Below, in pieces: positions 52,201-64,000 of a DNA stretch of 64,000 bases. The stretch is taken from positions 28,024,001 to 28,088,000 of the forward strand of contig CM120642.1 in NCBI GenBank assembly GCA_051362555.1. Reading direction: 5' to 3'. The DNA comes from Lingula anatina. Its lineage: Eukaryota; Animalia; Brachiopoda. The notes beneath the pieces were generated by a model. The model saw only the letters and a program-made list of their open reading frames with translations. It was not told the origin of the DNA and did not search any database. Position 1 is the first letter of the stretch; each line of letters starts with the position of its first letter. The translations under genes were made by a program, and so were the position numbers.

Positions 52201-54612
52201 TGTACAGTGTAAAAGCGACTGGACGTGGATTTGTCCATGGGGTGAATAATTCCATTTTTTTCACACGAAGACTCTTTCAATTGTGCCTTTGTAGGACCAT
52301 GTATGAAAGAAGATCCCCTATGCTTTTTATATGTTATATGTATTTTTATAACGCAGTGGCACAGATATCCATTGGGAGCCGGGCGACGGGGGATGATTAG
52401 TTGTTAATTTTTTACGAAATTTTTCATAATTTTCATAAGTTCATTGTTGATGAATCTCACGTGCAACAACGCTTGTAAACACTTAGGCAATAGAACACCT
52501 GGTACTGTCTCTGGGGAGGATGATCGTATTTTTTTCACACAAAGAATCATCTCATCGATATTTTTTAGTAGCCACGCATTAAGGCAGACTTGGTGTGCTG
52601 TTATTTAGTTTAGAACTTATATTCTAGATCCAAACAGCAGCACAGGTTTCCGTGGTGGTAGGATCCTTGAGGGTGAGCTATTCTTGACAAGGGACGTGCG
52701 ATCATCGACATCGACAGGAGCCTCTGCTTTTGAATCAACAATCGTTTCATTATTGTATACACGGAGTACATGTAGTGCTACGGGACAAAATCGATAAAAG
52801 AATGAATTACATATTTGTAGTAAAACTGCTGAATTGATCTCTTACTACATGTTACTGTGACAGCCCTATGATTTCAGTTTTAAAAAAATACTCATCGTTT
52901 CATTTATGCATAAATATATTTACTTGCTCGTTCATTTGTCTATTGATTACTTTCAGTTTTTATTTATATGTTATAGTTTTTTTCATTCGTTTCTGAACAA
53001 GAGACAAATCAAAAGAAGTCTTTTTATAAAATTATTATTATTAATATTATCATAATTATTATTAATATTATCATAATTATTATTATTATTACATTAATTT
53101 ATCAACACATTAGTCTACACAGCCTTGACTGCAACATACTTGAACTCGCGTCCGTACCAAGCCGTGACCTCTTCCTTCTAAGTTCAGGGCCTAAAATATT
53201 AAATAGTATTAATATTAAATAATCACAAATATCATTATAATGTAATTAACAACACAAACAACAGCCGGATCTTCGCGTTTTTTATCAGCACTTACTGAGA
53301 GGTGCCATACATATCGATAAATACAAAGACCATCACACAGGGAGTGCTTAAAAAGATGCCTCAATTAAAAACACCATTAAAATTTAAAAAATCAGAGTAT
53401 CATTTCTCCAGTTGCTGCAAGGGGAGGAAGGACTTGAAAATCTATTTACTTTTTGAAAATGCTGGGGACCTGGGATTAACATGCTATGTACAGTCACCAA
53501 TCTAATCTTACCCCGGTACTTGTGCACTGGTAAGTAAAAGTGCTACATCATTTTTGAACCTCTTAATGTATGCGGGTATGAAATTATAGCACGTTCTTGT
53601 GTGCTTACAATACAATACAATACAATACAATACAATACAATACAATGCAATACAATACAATACAATACAAATTTATAATCACCTGGAGTCTCGTATGTCC
53701 CAGCTTCCATCGGTCTAACCTCTAGAGATGGTCCTAATAAAAATATCATCTTATATGTTAAACAGAGAAGTTAGCAGCTCACCTGACACAATAAAACGCA
53801 TGACCTAAATAGTGCGCCAATACCGCATTAAAATCTAAAAACGTTCTATCAATGCATAGGCTATTGATAAATCATAAGGCATCTTATAGTGCTTAGGTTA
53901 TTCACTGACCTCAAAAATTAGTTATAGATAACCCATGCCCGTCGATAAGCCATTGACACAGATATAGTTTGTTCCCTCATAGCATTACCGGTATATCTCA
54001 TCTTTACATACATCCGGTTTTTCCAACCGGAGAATATTAAGATTACAAGGGACTTGCTTAAAGTGAAAGTAAACGGGAAAATCTAAAAACAAAAAGACAT
54101 GTTGACACAACCAGTAGGCTCATTTTTAGTGTCCATACATTAATAATAAGTAAAATCAATACAGAAATATGAAGGTGAGAGGACAAGGTACTAGTGCACA
54201 GATCTATATGTACCTAAAATACATATACTAATAGCGATAAATACACTAGATTTGCTACGTACAGTAAATGCATCAACTGAATCAATGACACAGACGGCGT
54301 GGGGTTGTACATGTACTTACTCTCAGCTCTAATACGCGCCTCGGCGTCTTTTATTGTCGTTACCAGGCCATTAAGACCAGCATGTTGGAACATATCTTTC
54401 AAACGGTCATACTTTCCAACCGCCAAAATACCGACGTTCTCCATTGTATTCATTAAATTCAACGAGTCTTTAGCTTTTGCTAGACGTCCTTGGCCAATAT
54501 CTCCACTCAGCATTTTTTTGAGATTATCAAGATATTGCTCGTCATCAATATCTTCGGACAGCTCAACTAACAGTTTCCTGTGGATATCTTTCTGGTTTGC
54601 TGAAAACGGCAT
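49290..54612 (-). CDS. Initiator-type caspase with a single N-terminal death effector domain (caspase-8/10-like), about 417 aa
   Basis: Exons 54612-54321 (DED-like: HRKLLVELSEDID..LKKML..LAKAKDSLNLMNTMEN.GIL..YDRLKDMF), 53733-53683, 53190-53140, 51884-51735, 51268-51075, 50306-50204, 49947-49765 and 49519-49290 are phase-compatible (1254 nt). Motifs: GLVVIINNF..REGTEFDV, LSHGD, PKVFIIQACRG, AYATTPG, GSWFI and QMP..STLRK. Confidence 0.88.
53606..53670. repeat. (TACAA)n microsatellite
   Basis: Direct reading. Confidence 0.9.
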
Positions 54613-55745
54613 GGTCACAAGGATCACATACAAATGTGTTGTTTTAAGAATTCCGTCTTAGTCGAGGAGATCGTGGATTTTGACGTGAATATGCCTGGAT
54701 GAAAATATAATTCCTTGGGATCTTGTTGCGCGATCTTTACCTGGTTTGAATTTAAACCATCATTGCATGTACAAAAATGTGTGTAGCTTTGTGTCCTTTA
54801 CATATACAAGCTCAGCTGCTTAACGTAAACAGGTCGAATTCTATATGCCACAATAAAAACCCCAGTAAGCTGATACGACAACAAAAGTCCTATTTTCTAA
54901 CACATTTCCGTTGCGCTGCATTAATACTATTGACTTAGGAGGTCGTGACGTGACCTAGTTTTTATTAGCTCGCAGATCACATGACTTCCTCATTGCATTA
55001 CCAGGGCCGTTGCGTACAGTTGCCAATCCCCCGTAAGATCTGATTGAGATCATAAAATTAAGTCTTATAAAATGGAATGTACTATGACAGTATCTCGCCA
55101 TACAAACTACAGTGTACAGCTAGTTTTCGTACGTTCTAATTGTAACGTAACCGGCATTCTCTCAAACATAAAACACGTTTGGCTGAAGTTTAAGGTGTGG
55201 TAGGTCTATACATGTAATATACCCCCGGTACCAGTGCATTTTCTGAATGAAGTAGGCATGCGCTGTTTAGAATATTTAGACATGAAATACTTAATTTTTT
55301 TTATAAAAAGATATAAAAAATACAGCTGTTGAAGTCATGATATTCTGAAATTGACCAAATTTTTTAGGCCTACTAATGCGGTTTGGGGAGGGGAGGGCCC
55401 CCTCCCCTTATCGAGCCCTGAAGGTACCCCGGGACGTCTCCCTTTCTTTGTCACAAAAGACCAACACCACATGCGCGAGACAAAATAAAAAACTTTTTCC
55501 ACTTTCATCCCTTTCCCCTATAAAATATAGACAGCCCAGCAAACAAAGAACGTTTTATAGCCATACCATGATGGCCCATTACGCGCCATTGTAATAACGT
55601 CCTGTGTTTGCTAGGAGTACAATATTGCCTTCGTCTAGATGTTTTATTTTTTCAACCTTGTCCCCCTAGCAAAAAATCCTGGAACCGGCAGTAGTTCAAA
55701 AGATAAAAACTGACAATATCAATTCAGTCATGCAACAACATGGCC

Positions 55746-56031
55746 CAGGGGCGGATCCAGGATTATTTGAAGGGGGAGGGGGGGTCCACGGATGCGAAGC
55801 CCCCCACCCCACCCACCCACCCACCCTTTGGCGTGAGGTTCAGGGCCTGCTGAACGGTCGAGAATTTTTTTGGTATTTTAGAGGGCGAACTTTGCATTTG
55901 GTACGGTTTGAAACTATGCTTCAGCTAGTCAAATTTCTGTTTTCATAAGGGGACCATTGGTGTGATTTTTTTTCAGAAATCGAGGGGGAGGTCAGGACCC
56001 CCCCCCCCCCGACACCCCCTAAACCCGCCCA
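55746..56031. mobile_element. Non-autonomous TIR element
   Basis: Starts caggggcggatccagga..G-run and ends C-run..cccctaaacccgccc, an imperfect inverted terminus. Confidence 0.55.
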
Positions 56032-56593
56032 TGTGGTCTGTAATCGTGCACTTTGACAAATAAAATGTTTTATTCGCCCAAAGTTAAAACTACGAAGGAT
56101 ATAACATTTTGTTTACAAATAAACAGGCTCTTTGTAGGTTAAATATTTAATATAAATCAAAATCGTTAAAAATGCAAATAAGGGTGTTTCTTCAAAATAG
56201 GTATATAGAGCTAGTAGGCACAGTATTATGTTGAAAGTTAGGTTTGTACCCCTGTATATCATAGAATAGTATATACAGTGTAGTATGCATATTACATAAA
56301 TTAGAAATTGTTACTGCGTTTTATGTGAATAACGTACCTACAGGTACATGTGATATTTCTTTAGAATTATTGGTATTACTGCAAAATACCTTCAAAATAT
56401 CTGTATGCTACAACAACAATGTTGTTGATGACACACACCTGTATTCCCGTGTCTGGCCAATTTAAAATTTGATACTGGACGCGTGGTTTGTCACAAACAG
56501 CATTATTTATCGTACACCATGCAACCACAAGACTGTATCTTCCATTTATAACGGTTAGTTTACATTTTTATTTTACAAACTTTTTCAGATTTC

Positions 56594-59500
56594 CTATGGT
56601 TCTTGCAATCCATAGGTGTCAACAACGACCTTGATAAAAATAGTGTCATCTTTTAGATATGTCTCTGACTCTACTGAACTTTGTGGGGCAAACTTGGGGC
56701 ATCCGCTGGCTACATTCATATCAGAAGTGGGAAACTTGAAGCTACTGTTGCCTGTTTCCGGGCAAAATGATTCCGATAGATGGCGCCCACTCCCATCTTG
56801 CGCTAATAAGGCAAGAGTAACTTTTTGCTGAAATGGCCAATGCAGTAAAACGTCATAGTCGCCTCTCATGATGACAAAAAATAAGGAAAGATGAGTTCCT
56901 TTACCGACGCCGTCCCCATTTAAGAACACTCTGGCGCACATTTTATAGCCGCGGCTGCTACTATAAAATGGCTGGCTGTACAAAGATAAAGTCTTTGAAG
57001 TACAAGCATCTCGTTTCAGGCGGATGTAGTCTTTGATTATCCAAATAAGGGTTCCATCGTATGACGTTGACTCATGAGTGCAGAAACGAAGAGCTATATC
57101 TGACATTCTGTCCTCATGCTGTCTTAATTGCAGGTCGTGGGAAGCAAGGAGTTTTTGCATTTGTCCTGCAATGTTAAGGGAAGTGCAAGTAACAGATTCC
57201 TTAATTTATAATTACTCTATTAATATCTCATTGGTTTCGTAAAAATGCTGTCAAATATGCACTGTAGTTTCTAGAACAAAAACAACTGAATTTAAAAGGA
57301 ATTGTGCCAATCCCGCACGAAAACGAAGTAGATACTCCAGCGCAGTAGACTACTGCAATCATACTGCAAACATGCTTCAAATCTGCTTCGATGTGGGAGC
57401 TAATTAGCATATTTGAAACATGCTTCTATCATGCTGCTAATCTACTGCATTAATGCTCCTCCTCTGTACAACCCTATGTAATTTTTGAAGTAGAATTGCA
57501 GTAGACCATACTGCATTTCTACTGCAAATATGCTCCACACCACTACTGCGTTAATGCTTCTTTGCTACTTCGATACTACTGCATTTTCTTGCGGGATGTG
57601 TCGTGCTTGTAATGGGAGATGTAATGCATTTCAAAATTGCACTTTTGACGTTCTATGATACATACCATTAGAATTTTCCAATCTTTGAATCCTTCTTTCG
57701 TGATTTCCCTGCTTCTCCATGATATCGGCAATCTCTATAGTCTGTCGTACAACATCGCCTTCTACGGCGGCCTCCTGAAGTGTTTCTTCCAGTTTCATCA
57801 CTCTTGCGCTCTGTCCAGCCAAAAATTTCTTAAACGTAATATTGATTTTAAATGATGCAATTATATAAGTGCAATTATTTATGTCTAAATATTGTACAAA
57901 ATGCAAGAAATGTAGGGATCCGTTCAATGATTGGCTTATCCGAAGTAGAGAAAAAGTTTTCATAAAAACGTCTTTAAATATATTGATAGACCGTGTTTAA
58001 ATATATTGATAGACCTCGTATTGATAGACCACATGTAGATACTCGCAATACGTTTTCAATACCGCCCAAAAATACCAAGAACATAGTCCTATAATTCCTT
58101 TACTTTAAAAACTTTATTTCAACGTTATGTCGCAAAAATGTTTCAATCACAAACGCTAACTGAAAAAGTACCCCACCTAATCTTATTGAGAAAATGCACA
58201 TTATCTATAACCAAAAGCATCCCAAATAAAGCTTTTAAAATAATCTTATCTCACCTCAGATTTCTTTATTTTGTCTTCCAAGTTTCCGACAGTATTATCC
58301 AATGAAAGTTTATTCAGTTTTTCGGCTGTCTTCTGTATTTCTATATTCGCTTTCTGATACTTCTTATCGAAATGTTCAACACTGAAATCAAGTGTGTTAA
58401 GCGCCCTCGAAAGGATTGTAATATGCTCTTTGATTGCAGAATGTTCATGCTTTCTGATTGTAACTTTGGTTCCCTGAAAAAGGCAAATACAGATGATATT
58501 GCATACAGTTTCAGTTACATTTTGCATTTCAGCAACCATAGAACTCCTCAAGTAAACAGAGGAGCCGTTTCAGGATGGCTCGTTACCTATTTTTGATTCA
58601 ACCAAGCTTGCAATGAATGTTTATAATGATTGGTTTCAAGAAAGAGAAAAGTAAAAGAATGTAAAAAAAGAAATGAAGCACGCCATTGAAAACAGTAATT
58701 GTGTCAAGACTGCATTACCGTGAATTCACACCCTTGTCGGTACAAGGGGCATCTCCTTGGCATCTTACTGCACGTTTTGTAGTGCTCTTCCAACTGAAAC
58801 ATTCGAGTATCATATCCTGAATTAAACTTCAATCTTAGAATGAAGCCTAGTTGACCTAACGTTGGCCTGGATACTACTTATATGTATATTCCATAGAGTA
58901 TTAGGCTACAGCATCGATACAGCATGATGACAATGCGCACCTGATATTACTAACTCAAACGTAACCCATACTAATTCAGCAAGTTTACACTTTTTACGGC
59001 GTATCACTTCCGCCAAAGAGATAATGAGATCTGCGCTCTCTGAACGCTTTTCTAGTTGGTATTGAATTACCTCCGGTACAAATATACAGAAATACCTGTA
59101 CTATACAATATACAAATATACAATATACAAATATACAGTACATGATTCAGAACGAACATACCTGAGGTCTTTTCATGTTCCCGGATCCACAGTGAGGGCA
59201 ACTAAGTAAAGCTTCTTGGCAAAGCTCCTCTACATGTTCCTATATTTAATATGAAATAAAAACTTTGTTAACTAATTTTGCAGTTGCAATACTGATCGAG
59301 ACGTATTGTTTCGCACAACTATAGTCAACATTTGTCTAAAATACATTTTAGATTTCTCTATTGCTTTACAACCAGAGGCATTCTACAGCATGTAAAATCT
59401 TATAAAATGTTTCTCATTTACCGGTATCGACCGTAACACAATCTTAGTGCTAGCATCCCACCTGTAAATCGCCTGATAACACATTTGTTCCACAGCTAGG

Positions 59501-59727
59501 GCACGTGACTGGCCGTTTGGGACATTGTTCCTTCTCGTGATGCTCTAGTTCTTTCTGTGCAATCACGTGACCGCACCCCAGGGGACAAAGTAGTGGTCTG
59601 TATTCACAGCTTTCGACATGTTTCTAAAGACGTTTAAAAGGGTTAAAAAGACATAATCAAGGTGAAATATTTGATAAGAGAGGTATAGTGTTGTGCCTGT
59701 AAAGCCAGAATATCACCATTCATATGG

Positions 59728-59770
<43 letters not shown>

Positions 59771-60151
59771 ATCAAGGAGGAAGCCACACCCCCATAAGCC
59801 TTTTCAATTTACATATAACTTCTCTTTCAGCAAAAATGAGCACTTATATATTGGACTAATGTCACACAAAACAGCTATGGCCTCCATAACACGTCATGGC
59901 TTTTGAATCAGCCTCTAGACATAATGTCCTTGTAGTAGTTCTAAACTGTAGACAAAATAATAAGAGACATTTATCCCAACCAAATAACAGTCTACTTACT
60001 TTAATATCTTTCCACTTATAAACGCCGGCACATCCTGTATTTTTATTAGGACAGAAAACCTTTAACTGGCCCATCTCCCTTCGCACGCAGGCATCTTTAA
60101 ATATCTAAATGATAAATCAAAAATTCTAATTACAAAATATGAGAAAACGAA

Positions 60152-60182
<31 letters not shown>

Positions 60183-61278
60183 ATGCAAAAATATGGGTAT
60201 GAACAGTTTATAAGGTTTAGAATAAAAAACATATTCAGTAAAAAGATATATGTATAATGACGGAAGCAAATGCGATTAAAAACCTACGGTGATATATCTT
60301 TTAAAGCTGCAGGTCCAAAGGAATGGAATTTATTACCGCTGGAAATCCGAGCAATTCAGTCTACCAAACATTTTAAAAAAGAACTCAAAACATACCTTTT
60401 TAGGAAATATTTTGATTAACTCTTAATTGGTTTTATAAATCTTCTATTAATTGCATTTAATTGTATGGAATAATGGCTATTTTACCTAGATTTTATTTAT
60501 GATATTTTATGTAGTATTATTTTTGATATTTTATGTAAAGTCTACTGAACATTTTAAATGGATTTTAGACTTAAAATAAATTTATTTATTATTATTATTA
60601 TTAAATGACTTTGTAAGTGAAGCAATGCACAAAAGAACAGATATACTGACCACAAACTTCATTTATATACAAGCAAATGAAGGGTCTAATCATATTTGGA
60701 CAAAAAGAAAATCTATACCAGCACAGACCAAAAGAGGAAACGACCTAAATAAATGTTGACCGGAGCCAGCTGCTGAGAGTGTGCAGCGACTTGAAAAAAA
60801 CACACAGCCAGGAAATATACTTGTATGTATCACATGACGTGGATTTCATGTCCCATTTCAGTCAATCTAAAGTGTAATCGGTCAGCAAAGAAACAATATA
60901 ATATAATATAATATAATATAATATAATATAATATAATATAATATAATATAATATAATATAATATAATATAATATAAAGCTTGGATCAAGACTCAATGTAC
61001 CGAGATGTCAAACTTACTGATTTTGGGTCATTTTTCCTTAACTGATCACAATCTTCTTCCCGTCCCGGGCAGTCTGCAGTGTCTCCGTGTTCAGCAAACA
61101 GTTCGTCCACACATATGTCGCACATCCTGTGACCACACGAGGTCTGAAGAGGTCTTCGTAGCATGTTATTGCACTTCACACATTTGTAACGGGCGTCCAT
61201 ATTGACAAACTCTAGCCTCTCAGGGAACAGGGAGAGTGAGCTGCCGCCATCGCTGGGAGGACCCCCGCCAGTTGCCAT
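56594..61278 (-). CDS. TNF receptor-associated factor, TRAF2/3-like (RING, zinc fingers, coiled coil, MATH), about 544 aa
   Basis: Exons 61278-61018 (RING CVKC..CGHRMCDIC..CP), 60104-60000, 59623-59462, 59239-59162, 58793-58719, 58473-58255, about 57828-57666 and 57165-56594. MATH domain SYDGTLIW..SQPFYSS..GYKMCARVFLNGDGVGKGTHLSLFFVIMRGDYD.LL.WPF. Confidence 0.92.
59004..59057 (-). mobile_element. Internally deleted copy of the 20462 HINE-like element
   Basis: The reverse complement reads aactagaaaagcgttcagagagcgcagatctc...ctttggcggaagt, which is both termini of the 20462 element with the core missing. Confidence 0.55.
60275..60603 (+). mobile_element. 5'-truncated L2/CR1-group LINE 3' end inside a TRAF intron
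   Basis: Translates as TYGDISFKAAGPKEWNLLPLEIRAIQSTKHFKKELKTYLFRKYFD*, matching the typical ORF2 C-terminus WNxLPxxIR..FKxxLKTYLF. It is followed by a 3' UTR and a (TTA)n tail. Confidence 0.75.
60895..60976. repeat. (AATAT)n microsatellite
   Basis: Direct reading. Confidence 0.9.
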
Positions 61279-61412
61279 GGTAACAGAGCTAGGGTAACTT
61301 GTAGTACTAGCTATTAACTGAAAAAAATGAGATACGTGTGAATGCATGATACAAATCCAGTACGAGGCAGGAAAGTTTAGCTAGATTTTACTGCCGTGGG
61401 ATTCAAGGAATA

Positions 61413-62073
61413 CCGGTGTAACGAAACTGAGGGTCCGTGTCACAGAAAGTCCGCCTTCCATTTAGATATAATGGTTAGGGTTAGCCTGACCTATGTGGGT
61501 CAAAGTCAAGGGGGCGAGGTTTATCTGTACAAATGAGTGGGAAACGGACTCTCTATCTTGGGGTACTTGCTATAGAATGTACGCTTAACTGCCCTAAGAG
61601 AAGAACCGTTGCATGGTCACGACGATAAAACGTACAACATTTTTTTGCCAATTTTTAGATCTTGATCCGCCCGCTCACTGCTAAAAAAATACTTATTGCT
61701 ATATAGCGTTAAAAACTGAATTACGGATATTTTTTCATTCGAAGATACCAGATCCAACTTTCCCTTAAATAATAGCAAGTGCAGTGCATGAAAAAACACC
61801 GTGTGGAGGCGGAGAGACTATCATGGAATTGGCGGTATCGCTTTCGAAGTGGGATCGGTCATATTTAGTCGGCGGATCAGTTAGTACCCGGATCATCTAT
61901 TCTGAATGGCCTCTTAGTCCGTAATGAATGGCGCACAGACATGTGACCTGAAGTCTGTAAGTCAATATAAAGATAAGTGTAAGTGTGTACTCATTGAAAT
62001 GTCCCAAAATTTCACCTTCACGAATAATGAAAATGACTTTCTGTTTCACGGAGCCTTATTTTCGTTACACCGG
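61413..62073. mobile_element. TIR element of about 660 bp upstream of the TRAF coding start
   Basis: ccggtgtaacgaaa at the left and tttcgttacaccgg at the right, with continuing imperfect complementarity (ggtccgtgtcacag / ctgtttcacggagcc). Confidence 0.6.
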
Positions 62074-63247
62074 GAAATGATTCGTGGGTAGGCGACAATT
62101 GCTTTATTTTAATGAAAAGTATATTTGCGTGGATGGGGGGGGGGGGGGGGGGGGAGGGGGGGGGGATAGGATAGGCCATACCGTTAACATACGGCTTGCA
62201 GCACATATAGCTTTCCTGTTTACCTACATATATTAGTCTCTAACAGACTGAAAATAAACCAAGAAAACGTATTTAGTGTTGTTAGACTACCATGACTAGC
62301 ATGAATATATGCTTTTAACCAGCTGCATAAAACTAGTGACGGTGACTCAGTATTTTGAAGATGCTAAAACCATATTAATGTACGTACATTGTATCACATC
62401 ATAGACCTATACATGCATGTAGGTTCATTAATCAGAGTCTGACCGCTATAAATATAGGTCTCCTACTCACTTATTGCCCCTTTGTCTTAAATTATCACCC
62501 ATTAGCATGTGACTTGTCCTATCTTATCTACCGTCCAGTATTTGGTAAGTGGTTCTTCTAAGGCAGTTCATCCGACATGATGATAGTTGCAAATACGTAT
62601 GTAGCCCATGTGCCCATTATAAGGCCTTCTTAGTCAAATACCTTCAATGACGAAGGCTAAAAATAGATCGGGGGTTTCCCAACGTAATAAGTCATGTGTT
62701 TGATAAGAGTGCATGCATTGGTGGTAGCACGTAGGCTACAATGTACGGGTATGGTAGTGGACATAAAGTTATCAAACACCAACGTGGCTGGTCTCACATC
62801 TCTGATAATTCATAATATTGATATGGCTATAGTGGCAGTGGATGCTGTGCTCAGTAGGAAAAACAAGTGTGATCAGTGCTGAGAGGTTAAGTCTCACTGG
62901 TCCCGCAGTTGTTCTTTTGGCCTCGTTTTAAAAGAAAAAAAATTAATTCATACTTAAGATACATTACACGCAAAATAATTGTGTATCAGTTCATCATATA
63001 CGTGTAAACTGACCGAAAACTTGAATAAAAGGTATCAGCTCGTTTGTTTAAAAAAGCCCCCTAAGGCGCTTTTAAAAAATCGAACAAAAGGATACTGGGG
63101 TTATATAATAAAAGCGACATTGTGTGGCCAAATCTCGTACAATTGATTTCCTTTGTTGTCTTCTTTCTTGTTGTGAATGGGAGTATGAAAGTTTGTGGTA
63201 CACTGGGATGGAGGAGACATAAAGAACATGGGGCACAAGCACTGCGA

Positions 63248-63295
<48 letters not shown>

Positions 63296-63767
63296 ATTAT
63301 GTGATTCGATATAGTACTTCATACAAAAAGTCAATACTCATTAATATATATGTATGGTATTGTGCAAGTATTAAATTAACACAATATTGTATAATTATAC
63401 TAAAATGTAAACAAATTATCGTAACTATGACTGTTATATAATTAAGAGCACCACAATAACAACTGCCTTTTCAGGGCGATGCTAAATCATTCTTCCTCTT
63501 TGACCGGAAACACCCTGAAAACACCCTGTAGAGCCGCATTTTACAATCAAACGCATTTTGCCAGCTCAATTGTACAGCTCAATATTGTACATGTATGTAC
63601 ATGTATATATAGCTTGCCATATTCTACTGTTCGGCCTGCACTCTCAACGGCAGCATGAGCGGCTCCTGACAGCCCTCGTCTCAGCGGTCTACCCGGCAGC
63701 CTTAGACGTTGACCAGCGGTCTCTCACCGACTTACCGACACAGCGGTCACCCTGCCGCAGTCGACTC

Positions 63768-63914
63768 GGGCCCGTATCTCGAAAGCATCGCGCATTGCGA
63801 CCGTGCGCAAGCGGCTCGATTCCATAACTCGCGCCATAGAATACCTTGTAGCCTCTATCATCTATGTGATCTATCGCTATTCGCAATAAGCAATGCTTTC
63901 GAGATACGGGGCCC
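63768..63914. mobile_element. MITE with TIRs of about 21 bp
   Basis: gggcccgtatctcgaaagcat ... atgctttcgagatacggggccc. Confidence 0.75.
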
Positions 63915-64000
63915 CTTCCTTCGGCGACAGCGGTTTCACCAGCAGCGGTTTTTCAATTTGTTTTGTTTTATTTGAATCGACTTTTTGTATTTTTTCTTTA

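Noticed and set aside
52617-52723. Possible alternative terminal exon giving a DED-only (cFLIP-S-like) isoform
   Set aside because: It is in phase, but the acceptor lacks a polypyrimidine tract and nothing else supports it without transcripts.
57972-58030. Three short direct repeats (tattgatagacc), superficially CRISPR-like
   Set aside because: Eukaryotic intron, units too short, no unique spacers and no cas genes; this is a local tandem duplication.

Overview
AT-rich, intron-containing animal genomic DNA with GT-AG introns, microsatellites, MITEs and a LINE fragment. Gene content suggests a marine invertebrate, probably a lophotrochozoan (inference). I assembled gene models by hand from splice sites and codon phases. 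Left to right: (1) a convergent, inverted pair of paralogous uncharacterised genes. The complete minus-strand copy encodes 817 aa: signal peptide, propeptide ending in KR, amphipathic fusion-peptide/toxin-like helix, coiled coil, hydrophobic helix, Cys-free repeat insert, second hydrophobic helix, coiled coil and a duplicated C-terminal module. (2) Signal-peptide and TSP1 exons just upstream of (3) an intron-containing, signal-anchored L-rhamnose mutarotase (RhaM/YiiL)-family gene. (4) Two tandem ADAMTS/MIG-17-like M12B metalloprotease genes. (5) A single-DED initiator-type caspase. (6) A TRAF2/3-like gene. The best candidates for undescribed biology are the paralogous secretory-pathway membrane-active-looking proteins and the extracellular animal RhaM, which may also occur as a TSP1 fusion. 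No database searches were run.
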